This document shows, one piece after another, positions 26,549 to 34,765 of a stretch of DNA of 36,294 nucleotides. The stretch spans positions 1-36,294 of IMG/VR virus record IMGVR_UViG_3300025103_000069; one strand, written 5' to 3'. Positions within the stretch are counted from its first letter, which is position 1; every line of letters begins with the position of its first letter. Source of the DNA: a virus. Lineage: Duplodnaviria > Caudoviricetes. The notes beneath the pieces were generated by a model that searched no databases, was not told the origin of the DNA, and saw only the letters and a program-made list of their open reading frames with translations. The position numbers and the translations under genes are program-made.

Positions 26549-26590
26549 AGTGATGAGGGGAATTGCACCCCTCTTTAGATCTATCTCACT
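26549..26590 (-). ncRNA. 42-nt structured T-loop-like RNA element, copy B (directly after the psbA stop)
   Basis: AGTGA-GATAGATCTAAA-GAGGGG-TGCAATT-CCCCTC-A-TCACT; covaries with copy A. Confidence 0.7.
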
Positions 26591-27624
26591 TAAGCCAGGT
26601 CAAGTGGAAAGTTATGTGCATTACGTTCATGCATTACTTCCATACCAAGACCAGCTCTATTCAGAACATCTGCCCAGGTATTAATAACGTGAGTATTGCT
26701 ATCAACAATAGATTGATTAAAGTTAAAACCATTTAAGTTGAACGCCATCGTAGAGACACCCAGAGCGGCAAACCAAATGCCAACAACAGGCCAAGCGGCA
26801 AGGAAAAAGTGGAGGCTACGGCTGTTGTTAAAGCTAGCGTACTGGAAAATAAGCCGACCAAAATAGCCGTGCGCTGCAACGATGTTGTACGTTTCCTCTT
26901 CTTGTCCAAATTTATAACCATAGTTTTGACTAATGTTTTCACTTGTTTCACGTACAAGTGACGAAGTGACCAATGATCCGTGCATAGCTGAGAACAAGCT
27001 CCCACCAAATACACCAGCAACCCCGAGCATGTGGAAGGGGTGCATAAGTATGTTGTGCTCGGCTTGGAACACCAACATATAATTAAAAGTACCGGAAATG
27101 CCAAGAGGCATAGCGTCGGAAAAAGAACCTTGTCCAAACGGGTAAACAAGGAAGACAGCAGAAGCTGCGGCAACCGGAGCAGAGTAAGCAACAAAGATCC
27201 AGGGCCTCATACCGAGTCGGTAACTAAGTTCCCATTCGCGTCCCATGTAAGCGTAGACACCGATAAGGAAATGAAAGATGACCAGTTGAAATGGTCCTCC
27301 GTTGTATAACCATTCATCGAGACTTGCTGCTTCCCAGATTGGGTAGAAGTGAAGTCCGATAGCGTTTGAAGACGGGACAACTGCTCCCGATATAATGTTA
27401 TTTCCGTACAGGAGCGATCCTGCAACTGGTTCACGAATGCCATCTATGTCTACTGGTGGTGCTGCAATGAATGCAATGATGAAGCAGGTTGTAGCTGCTA
27501 GTAATGTTGGAATCATTAGGACTCCGAACCAACCAACATACAGTCGGTTGTTAGTACTGGTTACCCAGTCACAAAAGTCATTCCAAATATTCTGTTGTTT
27601 TTGTAGCGTAATTGTTGCGGTCAT
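26590..27624 (-). CDS. psbA: photosystem II D1 protein
   Basis: [55 protein letters not shown]. Confidence 0.99.
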   Translation of the reverse strand: MTATITLQKQQNIWNDFCDWVTSTNNRLYVGWFGVLMIPTLLAATTCFIIAFIAAPPVDIDGIREPVAGSLLYGNNIISGAVVPSSNAIGLHFYPIWEAASLDEWLYNGGPFQLVIFHFLIGVYAYMGREWELSYRLGMRPWIFVAYSAPVAAASAVFLVYPFGQGSFSDAMPLGISGTFNYMLVFQAEHNILMHPFHMLGVAGVFGGSLFSAMHGSLVTSSLVRETSENISQNYGYKFGQEEETYNIVAAHGYFGRLIFQYASFNNSRSLHFFLAAWPVVGIWFAALGVSTMAFNLNGFNFNQSIVDSNTHVINTWADVLNRAGLGMEVMHERNAHNFPLDLA

Positions 27625-27689
27625 TTAAGTAATAGTTCATGTGTGTTTGTTCTAGTAAGTAAGACCATTTTAAAGACTTGGCTGTCTAA

Positions 27690-27731
27690 AGCTAGGGAGG
27701 GAATTGCACCCTCCTTTAAATCTATTTAGCT
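27690..27731 (-). ncRNA. 42-nt structured T-loop-like RNA element, copy A (upstream of psbA)
   Basis: AGCTA-AATAGATTTAAA-GGAGGG-TGCAATT-CCCTCC-C-TAGCT; covaries with copy B. Confidence 0.7.
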
Positions 27732-27732
27732 A

Positions 27733-28083
27733 TTAGAAGCTGTACTTGACTCCGAGTTTAGTACCGTAATCATTTACATCATCAAAGGTTGCAGCTACTT
27801 CTCCATATACGGATAGGCGCTCTGTTGCTTGTACTGAACCACCCAGCTTACCGGTTAGTTTAGTTTCTTCTTCACCACCATCAGGTGCAAAGATTGAAGG
27901 ACCAGCTTGTACATAGTATGAAGCTACATCATTTCCTGATTCATATCCCAGATGGAAATCTGTAACATGTCCATTAAAATTAGAACCACTGAAGCCAGCG
28001 TTGTTCTCAACGTTTGCATAAGGACCAGCAAGTACAGGGGAAGCAGCAAACAAAGCAGCAGGGAGGATAGCAAAAATTTTCAT
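27733..28083 (-). CDS. small outer-membrane beta-barrel / porin-like protein
   Basis: Sec signal MKIFAILPAALFAASPVLA; amphipathic beta strands; C-terminal GVKYSF beta-signal. Confidence 0.8.
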   Translation of the reverse strand: MKIFAILPAALFAASPVLAGPYANVENNAGFSGSNFNGHVTDFHLGYESGNDVASYYVQAGPSIFAPDGGEEETKLTGKLGGSVQATERLSVYGEVAATFDDVNDYGTKLGVKYSF

Positions 28084-28532
28084 TGTAGTTTAGTTAAAAA
28101 AGAATAAGTGTGTTTTGTCCTATTACCATGAATACCCCAACCTAACCAATGGTAAGCAGCATTCATGTAATAAGGTATTGTTTGATGAGGAGTTTGGAAA
28201 GATATTAAATCATCTCTAAACTTCATCTCATCAATTAGATAAGCAGTTTGACATTCCAAACTACTTGGATCAGCGTTACGTTTAGCACAAAAAGTACCAA
28301 GACCAAGGTAACGATGTTTTGAAGTCCATTGTATTAAACCATAACCTCCACGAAGACAGCGATCATAAGGTACAATTGCACCGCCTTCGCAGATGTTAGG
28401 TTTAAATGTAGACTCTTGATAGATGTTACCCAGAATGACAGCAAGAGCAGTTCGATCTGTCACACCAGCAGAAGTCTGTAGTTGTTCTAGAACGTACTGC
28501 TGTTGCACAGTACATTGTGGGCATTCAATCAT
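28080..28532 (-). CDS. lysozyme-like cell-wall hydrolase (phage tail lysozyme type)
   Basis: AVILGNIYQES (catalytic Glu) and GGYGLIQWT motifs. Confidence 0.75.
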   Translation of the reverse strand: MIECPQCTVQQQYVLEQLQTSAGVTDRTALAVILGNIYQESTFKPNICEGGAIVPYDRCLRGGYGLIQWTSKHRYLGLGTFCAKRNADPSSLECQTAYLIDEMKFRDDLISFQTPHQTIPYYMNAAYHWLGWGIHGNRTKHTYSFLTKLQ

Positions 28533-28678
28533 TTTTTCTTAGCAGTTTTAGCGGAGCGTTTAAAGTTGGCAGCAGTGGGAGCACCTTTGCTTCCAGGCTT
28601 ACGCATCTTTTCATTTGAACCTTGTTTAATACGCATGCGTTTAGCATGAATATTAGCGTAGAGACCTTTCTTAGCCAT
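28529..28678 (-). CDS. basic microprotein (49 aa, MAKKGLYANIHAKRMRIKQGSNEKMRKPGSKGAPTAANFKRSAKTAKKK)
   Basis: hand-translated; coupled on both sides; GLYANIHAKR motif recalled from marine phages. Confidence 0.8.
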   Translation of the reverse strand: MAKKGLYANIHAKRMRIKQGSNEKMRKPGSKGAPTAANFKRSAKTAKKK

Positions 28679-28758
28679 TACTTTTTAGTACCTTTTTTTG
28701 TACCTTTCTTAGGTGGTCTACCTTTCTGTGATCCGTAAGTTCCTTTACCTTGTGGCAT
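28678..28758 (-). CDS. basic microprotein (26 aa, MPQGKGTYGSQKGRPPKKGTKKGTKK)
   Basis: hand-translated; TAATG coupling on both sides. Confidence 0.7.
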   Translation of the reverse strand: MPQGKGTYGSQKGRPPKKGTKKGTKK

Positions 28759-28952
28759 TACCATACTCCAGGGATAATTTGTCCAGTCAATGCATACGCT
28801 CCTAGCGCAGCCATGACACCTAGCATAGCTAGGCGGCCATTTAGTTTCTCTGCTTTGTCGTTGTGATTCACAGTGTAGGTTTCGTCAGTGTACATAGTGG
28901 GTTCTTTTGCGAAGAGGTTTTGTTGTCCGTGATCGTTGGTGGTAACAGTCAT
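28758..28952 (-). CDS. hli: high-light-inducible protein
   Basis: AEKLNGRLAMLG chlorophyll-binding motif; TGQIIPGVW tail. Confidence 0.95.
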   Translation of the reverse strand: MTVTTNDHGQQNLFAKEPTMYTDETYTVNHNDKAEKLNGRLAMLGVMAALGAYALTGQIIPGVW

Positions 28953-29599
28953 TAGAATTCTAGGTCAGAGTTTTCAAGTTTACGCATAACGTCAGAACGA
29001 TATGCTGGATCACTATCATAACGTTTGTCACTCATAGCTGCTACAAGTTCTGATTGACTACGGAATGAATTATCAGCAGCTTGTGCTGAAGAACGTCCTG
29101 TCAATAGCTGACCTTCTTTACCAACAGCATCTGTATATTTACTGTTCAATGCTTGTACAGCAAAGAAGATAGCATTAGAATTACCATCAGCCATCACTGC
29201 ATCATACATCTCAATTTCTTGTTTAGATAAAGAGTCGCCAGCCCAATGCAGCATATCTTTATAAGTAGACTCACCACCAACCATTTCAAACAATTGATTA
29301 GCTTGTTCTTCAGTCAGTTGATTGTCATTACTTTCTTTTTCTTGTTCCTCTTGCTCTTCAAGTGGTGCATCTTCTGCCTCACTTTCTTCACCGACTTCTG
29401 GTTCTTCACGTGGTTCTCCAAGTTTCTTTTGGAGTTGCAAATAAGCTTGTTCAAGAGATTGTGTGTCTTGAAACTTACCTGCTAGCAGTTGCTGTTGTTG
29501 CCCTTCATTAGCCTCGGCAACAGCGAGAGACTCTTGTTCATCAGCGTTAAGTTCTGGCTGATCAGCGGGTGCATCATTAAGTGTTAGTGTTTCGCTCAT
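28952..29599 (-). CDS. capsid assembly scaffolding protein (T7 gp9-like)
   Basis: acidic; LLAGKF..LEQAY..LQKKLG; FRSQSELVAAMSDKRYDSDPAYR. Confidence 0.92.
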   Translation of the reverse strand: MSETLTLNDAPADQPELNADEQESLAVAEANEGQQQQLLAGKFQDTQSLEQAYLQLQKKLGEPREEPEVGEESEAEDAPLEEQEEQEKESNDNQLTEEQANQLFEMVGGESTYKDMLHWAGDSLSKQEIEMYDAVMADGNSNAIFFAVQALNSKYTDAVGKEGQLLTGRSSAQAADNSFRSQSELVAAMSDKRYDSDPAYRSDVMRKLENSDLEF

Positions 29600-31176
29600 T
29601 GCATTGGTGGTTGTTGTTGTTGTTCTTGTTGCATCATCTGTGCTGCAGCTTGTTCACGTTTCTGATCAACAGCAGCCATCTGTGGTTCTTGTTGTTGAGC
29701 CATCATCTGTTGTTGTTGTGCCACAGCTTGTTGTTGTTCTTGTTGTATCTCCTGCATACTCTTAACAAGATTCAATACATCAATACCAGATGCTGCTGCC
29801 AAACGTTTGACAACTTCTTCTGGATTAATAAATTGTTGAATAGCTTCTGGACCCATTGTTTGAGCAATAACTTGCAGGAATTGACCAAGACTTTCTCTGT
29901 CCTGTCCACGTCCAAGGGCATTGATACCAGCAACAATTGTAGGTTTTACAATACCACCTTTTGGTAAACGTGGAATCTCACCTGTTTTTTGTGCAACATT
30001 TAGTTTACGATTTAGATAAGGAACAAGGAACTCAACAGTAAGTAAACTGAATAGTCCACCAAGTTGTTGTTCTAATTCCATCTGAGTCATACGTACTTCT
30101 TCAGCAGTAGTACGTTCTGATTGTCTTACATTAAGTACAAGGAATGCTTCACTTAATCTTTGACTTAAAGTACCTACCATTTGATAAGCAGTTTGAAAGT
30201 CAGCTGTTTTACCAACTTGTACAACACCAATATCATCAGGTCGACCCTGAATAATAGCACCATTGCCAGCAGCTGCAAGCGTTGATGGTTTGGTCGTACT
30301 GCTTGGTGAAACAGTAAACACTATCTTAGCAGCTGCTGCGCTGCCTTCAACCAGTGCTTGTGACAGAGCTTCAAGTGACTTGAGATCACCAATGAATTCC
30401 TCTACCCTACCACGTCCATAAACCTCTCCGTCTACATGATTAAAGCGTAGCACAAGCCAGGGGTTTGCGTCAATAGGTGCTTTACTCATTGACTTAGATA
30501 AAATTTGATCATCTACTTCCTGATGCCAAACCCAACGATTATTGTCTCTAGTACAATGTGTGTAAACATCACATTCATCATCATGACGTGATGAGTTATC
30601 ATTTGGTGTGTTAGGTTTAGGTTCCTTGTATTCAGGGTAATTTTTTTTAATTACTTTTTTCGAGATTGTTTCTTTTGTTACAATTTCAATAACATTACCG
30701 TTACCATCTCTATCTACTACATATCGGTTTAAGGGATAGAGCTTAAGCCCTTCCTTACCCATAAAGATAAGAGCATTACCAGCTACTACAAGATGCTTTA
30801 ATGCTTGATGAACGACAACACGATCACTAGAGGCTGCAATAGACTCCATGATGGTGCGTTCAACTTTAGCAAATGACAAGTCAAGTTCTGATCTAATCTG
30901 TGGTCCTAATTCTTCAGGCAAATTAATATCGTTAACCTGTAGCTTAAAGAAACTGGTTTGTGGAGGTAGCAATGCAAGCATTAATTTACTTGCAAGCGTC
31001 ACCACACCTTTTGCGCCTTGTGATTGCCACGGTGTTGTGAGTTTTAGTGAGCCTTTAGTATATGTCTCATCCTCTCGGATAAGATAAGGTAAAGTTAGAT
31101 CTGCTGCTTGTCTAGCAGTATTAAGAAACTGGGAACGGTCTGAAGACAATCTGTCATAACGTTTTTTAGCAGTCAT
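29596..31176 (-). CDS. portal / head-tail connector (T7 gp8-like)
   Basis: PWQSQGAKGVVTLASKLMLALLPP, GEVYGRG, ERTTAEEVR. Confidence 0.96.
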   Translation of the reverse strand: MTAKKRYDRLSSDRSQFLNTARQAADLTLPYLIREDETYTKGSLKLTTPWQSQGAKGVVTLASKLMLALLPPQTSFFKLQVNDINLPEELGPQIRSELDLSFAKVERTIMESIAASSDRVVVHQALKHLVVAGNALIFMGKEGLKLYPLNRYVVDRDGNGNVIEIVTKETISKKVIKKNYPEYKEPKPNTPNDNSSRHDDECDVYTHCTRDNNRWVWHQEVDDQILSKSMSKAPIDANPWLVLRFNHVDGEVYGRGRVEEFIGDLKSLEALSQALVEGSAAAAKIVFTVSPSSTTKPSTLAAAGNGAIIQGRPDDIGVVQVGKTADFQTAYQMVGTLSQRLSEAFLVLNVRQSERTTAEEVRMTQMELEQQLGGLFSLLTVEFLVPYLNRKLNVAQKTGEIPRLPKGGIVKPTIVAGINALGRGQDRESLGQFLQVIAQTMGPEAIQQFINPEEVVKRLAAASGIDVLNLVKSMQEIQQEQQQAVAQQQQMMAQQQEPQMAAVDQKREQAAAQMMQQEQQQQPPMQ

Positions 31177-31991
31177 TAGACGTTCAATGTGTTAGTTGTG
31201 TTTTGAGAGTTTGTACCTCCTAGTATACCTGCAAGAGCATTTGCAGTGACAGGATTAATTTGCAATTTTCTACGTTTAAATCCTTGTGTACCACCAGTGC
31301 GTGGTGTTTCTGAAGAACCTGCAATTTGCAGTGCACCCATTTGATTTGATCGCGCTTGATTTGATTGGAAAGTGCGTTCAGATAACCTTTGATCCGAAGC
31401 AATTTTATTTAATCTAGCATCCTGTTCAATCCTTAGATTATTTAAAAAGTCATCTTGTTTTTTTGTTAACTCTTTATAACGTTCGTCATTTAAATAAGAT
31501 CTTGCACCACTAGCAAATTGAAACCCTTGCTCATTACTTGTTCTAATTAAATCTTCAACAGACATACCGTCTGCGCGTGCCTTTTGGACAGCAGTTAATC
31601 CAGCATGTGTAGTCGACCCACTGTTGACATATTTTCTAAAAAAGTCAGGAGTGTCCATATATTTTTGAGCACCTGCCCCAAAAGAAAAACCTTGGTTTCT
31701 AGAAGCACTTCTGATTTGGTCAAGACTCATCCCAGCAGCTTCAGCTTTTTCTATAGCACTTAAGCCTGCATGTGTAGTTGATCCACTGTTGACAAATTTT
31801 TTAAAAAATTCAGGACTTGAATCAATAAAATTTTGAGCACTAGAACCAAAACCAAAGCCTTGATTTCTTGATGCTGCAAGAATATCATTAATAGACATTC
31901 CTTTTCCTAGAGCGCTCTTTACAGCAGTAAGTCCAGCATTACCACCTTCTTTATAATATTCAGGTGAAACATATGTACGTAAAAAACTCAT
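31176..31991 (-). CDS. protein with three ~55-aa tandem repeats at the T7 gp6.7/7.3 position
   Basis: 3x AGLxA..KA...GMS...I...S..QGF.F..(G/S)A; basic C-terminal RRKLQI. Confidence 0.75.
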   Translation of the reverse strand: MSFLRTYVSPEYYKEGGNAGLTAVKSALGKGMSINDILAASRNQGFGFGSSAQNFIDSSPEFFKKFVNSGSTTHAGLSAIEKAEAAGMSLDQIRSASRNQGFSFGAGAQKYMDTPDFFRKYVNSGSTTHAGLTAVQKARADGMSVEDLIRTSNEQGFQFASGARSYLNDERYKELTKKQDDFLNNLRIEQDARLNKIASDQRLSERTFQSNQARSNQMGALQIAGSSETPRTGGTQGFKRRKLQINPVTANALAGILGGTNSQNTTNTLNV

Positions 31992-32174
31992 TTAATTTTC
32001 CTCCATATAATTAATGATCCATTCAACAACACTGCGTTGGCCGGATCTAAACATAATCTTTTCCATTGTATCGTCTGGTGTAGGGTTAACTGGTGGAAAT
32101 GATTCTTCTAATTGATGTACAAGACCACGGGATTGCATCCCTAAGACTTCAAGCGTATTGGGGGAGGTTGACAT
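31992..32174 (-). CDS. conserved small podovirus protein (LEESFPPVNP...IMFRSGQRSVVEWI)
   Basis: motif typical of the gene upstream of the structural module; start trimmed to ATG 32174. Confidence 0.75.
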   Translation of the reverse strand: MSTSPNTLEVLGMQSRGLVHQLEESFPPVNPTPDDTMEKIMFRSGQRSVVEWIINYMEEN

Positions 32175-32865
32175 TGCTATGCTCAAAGAACGCTGGCATC
32201 CGTGCTGCTTTAGTTGCGGAAAGTTCAGGGGCTTTCCCTTCATACATTAAGCGATCACTAGAATCCAGCCAAAATTTTTTATCCAAATATTTATCGGTAG
32301 TATTAATACCTAGGGGTTGCATTACCCAATTGATAGTTGCCTTCCTTAATTTATCAAGAGAAGGAGAGGCACTAAGGCCCAGCTCAGTGCATACAAGACT
32401 ATTAGCCGCCACGTGGATTTGTTCATCTCTGCTTATATCCGCGCTGACCGTTCGCATTCCAGCGTCACCATTAAAGCGCATGAATGGTAAAAGAACGAAG
32501 AAAATTGCACGTTCGGCAACCATTGCTTTGAGGATCGTGTGATCAGGATGCGAAGTCCAAGCTTCCCTGAGCCGTAAAGCTTCCGATTCAGCTTTTTCGT
32601 CAACCCCGTAAGCATTGGCAATGTAACCAAGTGCCAGGTCGTGATTTTCCTCGTCGGTGATATTTGATTCCAATAACTCCCGCGATAGTTTTGGTACGTC
32701 GGTAGCCAATCCATCACGGATAAAATCTCCCACCGGTAGTTCCATATGTCGCAACGCAAGAGCACGGTACACCGTCTCTTCCGCTCCTGCCTTGCATAAT
32801 CCGGCAGTTGTCTGGACTGGTGTCCATTTCCTTTTTCTGTTCAGTAGTTTTTCGTAAGGGTTCAT
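32149..32865 (-). CDS. nrdB: ribonucleotide reductase class I small (beta) subunit, minimal ferritin-like
   Basis: E...DEENH...E...DEQIH di-metal ligands; ATGA-coupled to the alpha subunit. Confidence 0.75.
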   Translation of the reverse strand: MNPYEKLLNRKRKWTPVQTTAGLCKAGAEETVYRALALRHMELPVGDFIRDGLATDVPKLSRELLESNITDEENHDLALGYIANAYGVDEKAESEALRLREAWTSHPDHTILKAMVAERAIFFVLLPFMRFNGDAGMRTVSADISRDEQIHVAANSLVCTELGLSASPSLDKLRKATINWVMQPLGINTTDKYLDKKFWLDSSDRLMYEGKAPELSATKAARMPAFFEHSNVNLPQYA

Positions 32866-34229
32866 TCTTGACAATCACATGTAATTTCTTCATTTAAAAT
32901 GTCCTCCAAATAGTTATCTACTTCTGATTCATCTAATGCAGCATAAGCACTAGATTTATCTTGAGTATCACTCATCACTTGTAGTGAGTAATAGAGGCTT
33001 GTTTGCGGAGACCGTAGCCACTCTTCCACGAATGCATTATCGTAGGTTACTGAATCACTCCAAGAGTTGAAACTGTATCCATGAAGAAGTCCTGTGGCAT
33101 CAAGCATTGTCATAATGCCATCAGCCACTCTTTTATAATTATCCCAACCCACTTCTGACGCAATCTCTACGTCACCATAGTTGTAAGTTTGTACTCCGAA
33201 AGTACCCGAGTCGCGATCGACTGTCTTCGAGATAGGTGGAGCGATTTCTGGTGTGCAAGTATAGCCATCCAGATCCACGCTTCGATAACTGCAACTGGCG
33301 GTTGGAGCGATAGCAAAGGCTCGAACCATATTATACTCGCGAGCGATTGTGGCTGCTTGGTTAATTCCTGAAGCAATTTGAGAGACAAGTTCATAAGCTG
33401 CCGAGCGGATAGTTTCGTTGTTGTTGTACTGTTCTAATGCACGACCAAATTGATCGTATGTTACTCCGTACCGCCGTAGGAGATTTGCGAGCCCAAGCAT
33501 GCCGAGTCCCACTTGTCTATCAATTTCAGACGGGAGGTATTCTCCAGAATCTCCGACAGCTGTCCTACTATGTAGGCTGCACAACTCGGACATACCTTCA
33601 ACAAATGCTCGTGGGATGTCGTCGAACTCACAGGCTCCAAGATTGATATGCTGTAGTAGACAGGTACCTCGTGATGGCAGGTATACTTCGAGACAGACGT
33701 TACCTCTGATGCGGTTTCCTTCATTGTCATATTTTACTTTGTTTAACCAGATGTCACCTGATTTAATTCCGAATAATAGTTGTTCCTTAAACGTACAATC
33801 CTTCCACCACTCTTCAGTGATGTTGATGCATCGTTTGACCCAAGGTAGTTCCGATCTAGGAGCAGTAATAAAGTCAAGAGCATCGGGGTGATTGAGCGAA
33901 ATATGAAGAACAATTGCACCATTTTTGTACACCCCACCTCTACGTAATATTTCATTTAAGCTGCTATAAATTTTACCGAAACTTACAGGACCAGAAGCTG
34001 TTACACCTGACTCACGAACGTAACCTTTAGGGTCAAGTTTGTCTAGGTGAATAGCACAACCTGCACCATACCTAAGGGCATGTGATGCAAACCTCCAGCT
34101 GGCCTCAATTCCGTTTGGTCCTTCCATTTCATTTTCAACTACAAATACTGTGCAGCTGACGGGTAGGCGATGTGTAGGATCATCGATCCATGATTGAACC
34201 CGACCTGTGCGGGAGATATAGTTAGACAT
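32862..34229 (-). CDS. nrdA: ribonucleotide reductase large (alpha) subunit, minimal
   Basis: SCTVF, NVCLE, TCLL, IAPTASCS, tandem YY (TSLYYS), C-terminal CDC. Confidence 0.88.
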   Translation of the reverse strand: MSNYISRTGRVQSWIDDPTHRLPVSCTVFVVENEMEGPNGIEASWRFASHALRYGAGCAIHLDKLDPKGYVRESGVTASGPVSFGKIYSSLNEILRRGGVYKNGAIVLHISLNHPDALDFITAPRSELPWVKRCINITEEWWKDCTFKEQLLFGIKSGDIWLNKVKYDNEGNRIRGNVCLEVYLPSRGTCLLQHINLGACEFDDIPRAFVEGMSELCSLHSRTAVGDSGEYLPSEIDRQVGLGMLGLANLLRRYGVTYDQFGRALEQYNNNETIRSAAYELVSQIASGINQAATIAREYNMVRAFAIAPTASCSYRSVDLDGYTCTPEIAPPISKTVDRDSGTFGVQTYNYGDVEIASEVGWDNYKRVADGIMTMLDATGLLHGYSFNSWSDSVTYDNAFVEEWLRSPQTSLYYSLQVMSDTQDKSSAYAALDESEVDNYLEDILNEEITCDCQE

Positions 34230-34596
34230 TGAGTAGATCAGTTAGGTTTGGAGGTTTATAGTTTGGTCCTTTTAAGACCTTACCGTCTGCACGGTAAATA
34301 GGTTGTCCATTCTCATCTAGTTTGGACATATTTGATTTATGAACACGATCCATAGCTTCATCTAGATCCCAACCGTTGTTAGCAGCAAACTGATAACACA
34401 CATAGACAAGATCACAAAGTTCTTTTAATTGTTCGTGTTCATCTTTAAAATGAAAGGCTTCGTGAAATTCTGACCACTCTTCATCGATCAAAGATTTCTG
34501 AGTCAGTTGCCCATTCATCGAATCCAAGATCGAGTAAGCGGTTCGGAACTCTTTCGCTTGGTCCAGCAGAGTCGGCACGTGTGTTTTCAAGTTCAT
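34222..34596 (-). CDS. MazG-like nucleoside triphosphate pyrophosphohydrolase
   Basis: LIDEEWSEF...LKELCDLVYV...VHKSNMSKL...DGKVLKGPNY. Confidence 0.88.
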   Translation of the reverse strand: MNLKTHVPTLLDQAKEFRTAYSILDSMNGQLTQKSLIDEEWSEFHEAFHFKDEHEQLKELCDLVYVCYQFAANNGWDLDEAMDRVHKSNMSKLDENGQPIYRADGKVLKGPNYKPPNLTDLLNV

Positions 34597-34765
34597 TTTC
34601 TAGATAGTGGATTGCTTTTTTTAGATCAGAAACCGCACTATCTTTATAACCAGCACGGCAGATATATTTAATGGCACAGCCTAGGTGATAATTTAATTGT
34701 TGGTCTCTGATGAAGTCCCAACATTCAATCTTACCTCGGGTGTAATAAGTGGGTGAGTCGGCCAT
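34481..34765 (-). CDS. DUF3310 / T7 gp1.7-like protein
   Basis: SPTYYTRGKIECWDFI...GCAIKYICRAGYK...DLKKAIHYL. Confidence 0.85.
   Translation of the reverse strand: MADSPTYYTRGKIECWDFIRDQQLNYHLGCAIKYICRAGYKDSAVSDLKKAIHYLENELENTRADSAGPSERVPNRLLDLGFDEWATDSEIFDR

Noticed and set aside
26733-27628. alternative-frame and antisense ORFs within psbA
   Set aside because: Shadows of a highly conserved gene with biased codons; no start signals or motifs.
26549-27731. tRNA genes or intrinsic terminators at the two GGTGCAATTCC hairpins
   Set aside because: Only 42 nt, with no D-arm or anticodon arm, no CCA and no following U-tract; kept as structured elements instead.
29581-29967. plus-strand Leu/His-rich ORF and TTG/CTG triplet runs
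   Set aside because: Antisense of the poly-Gln portal C-terminus; not an independent gene or repeat element.
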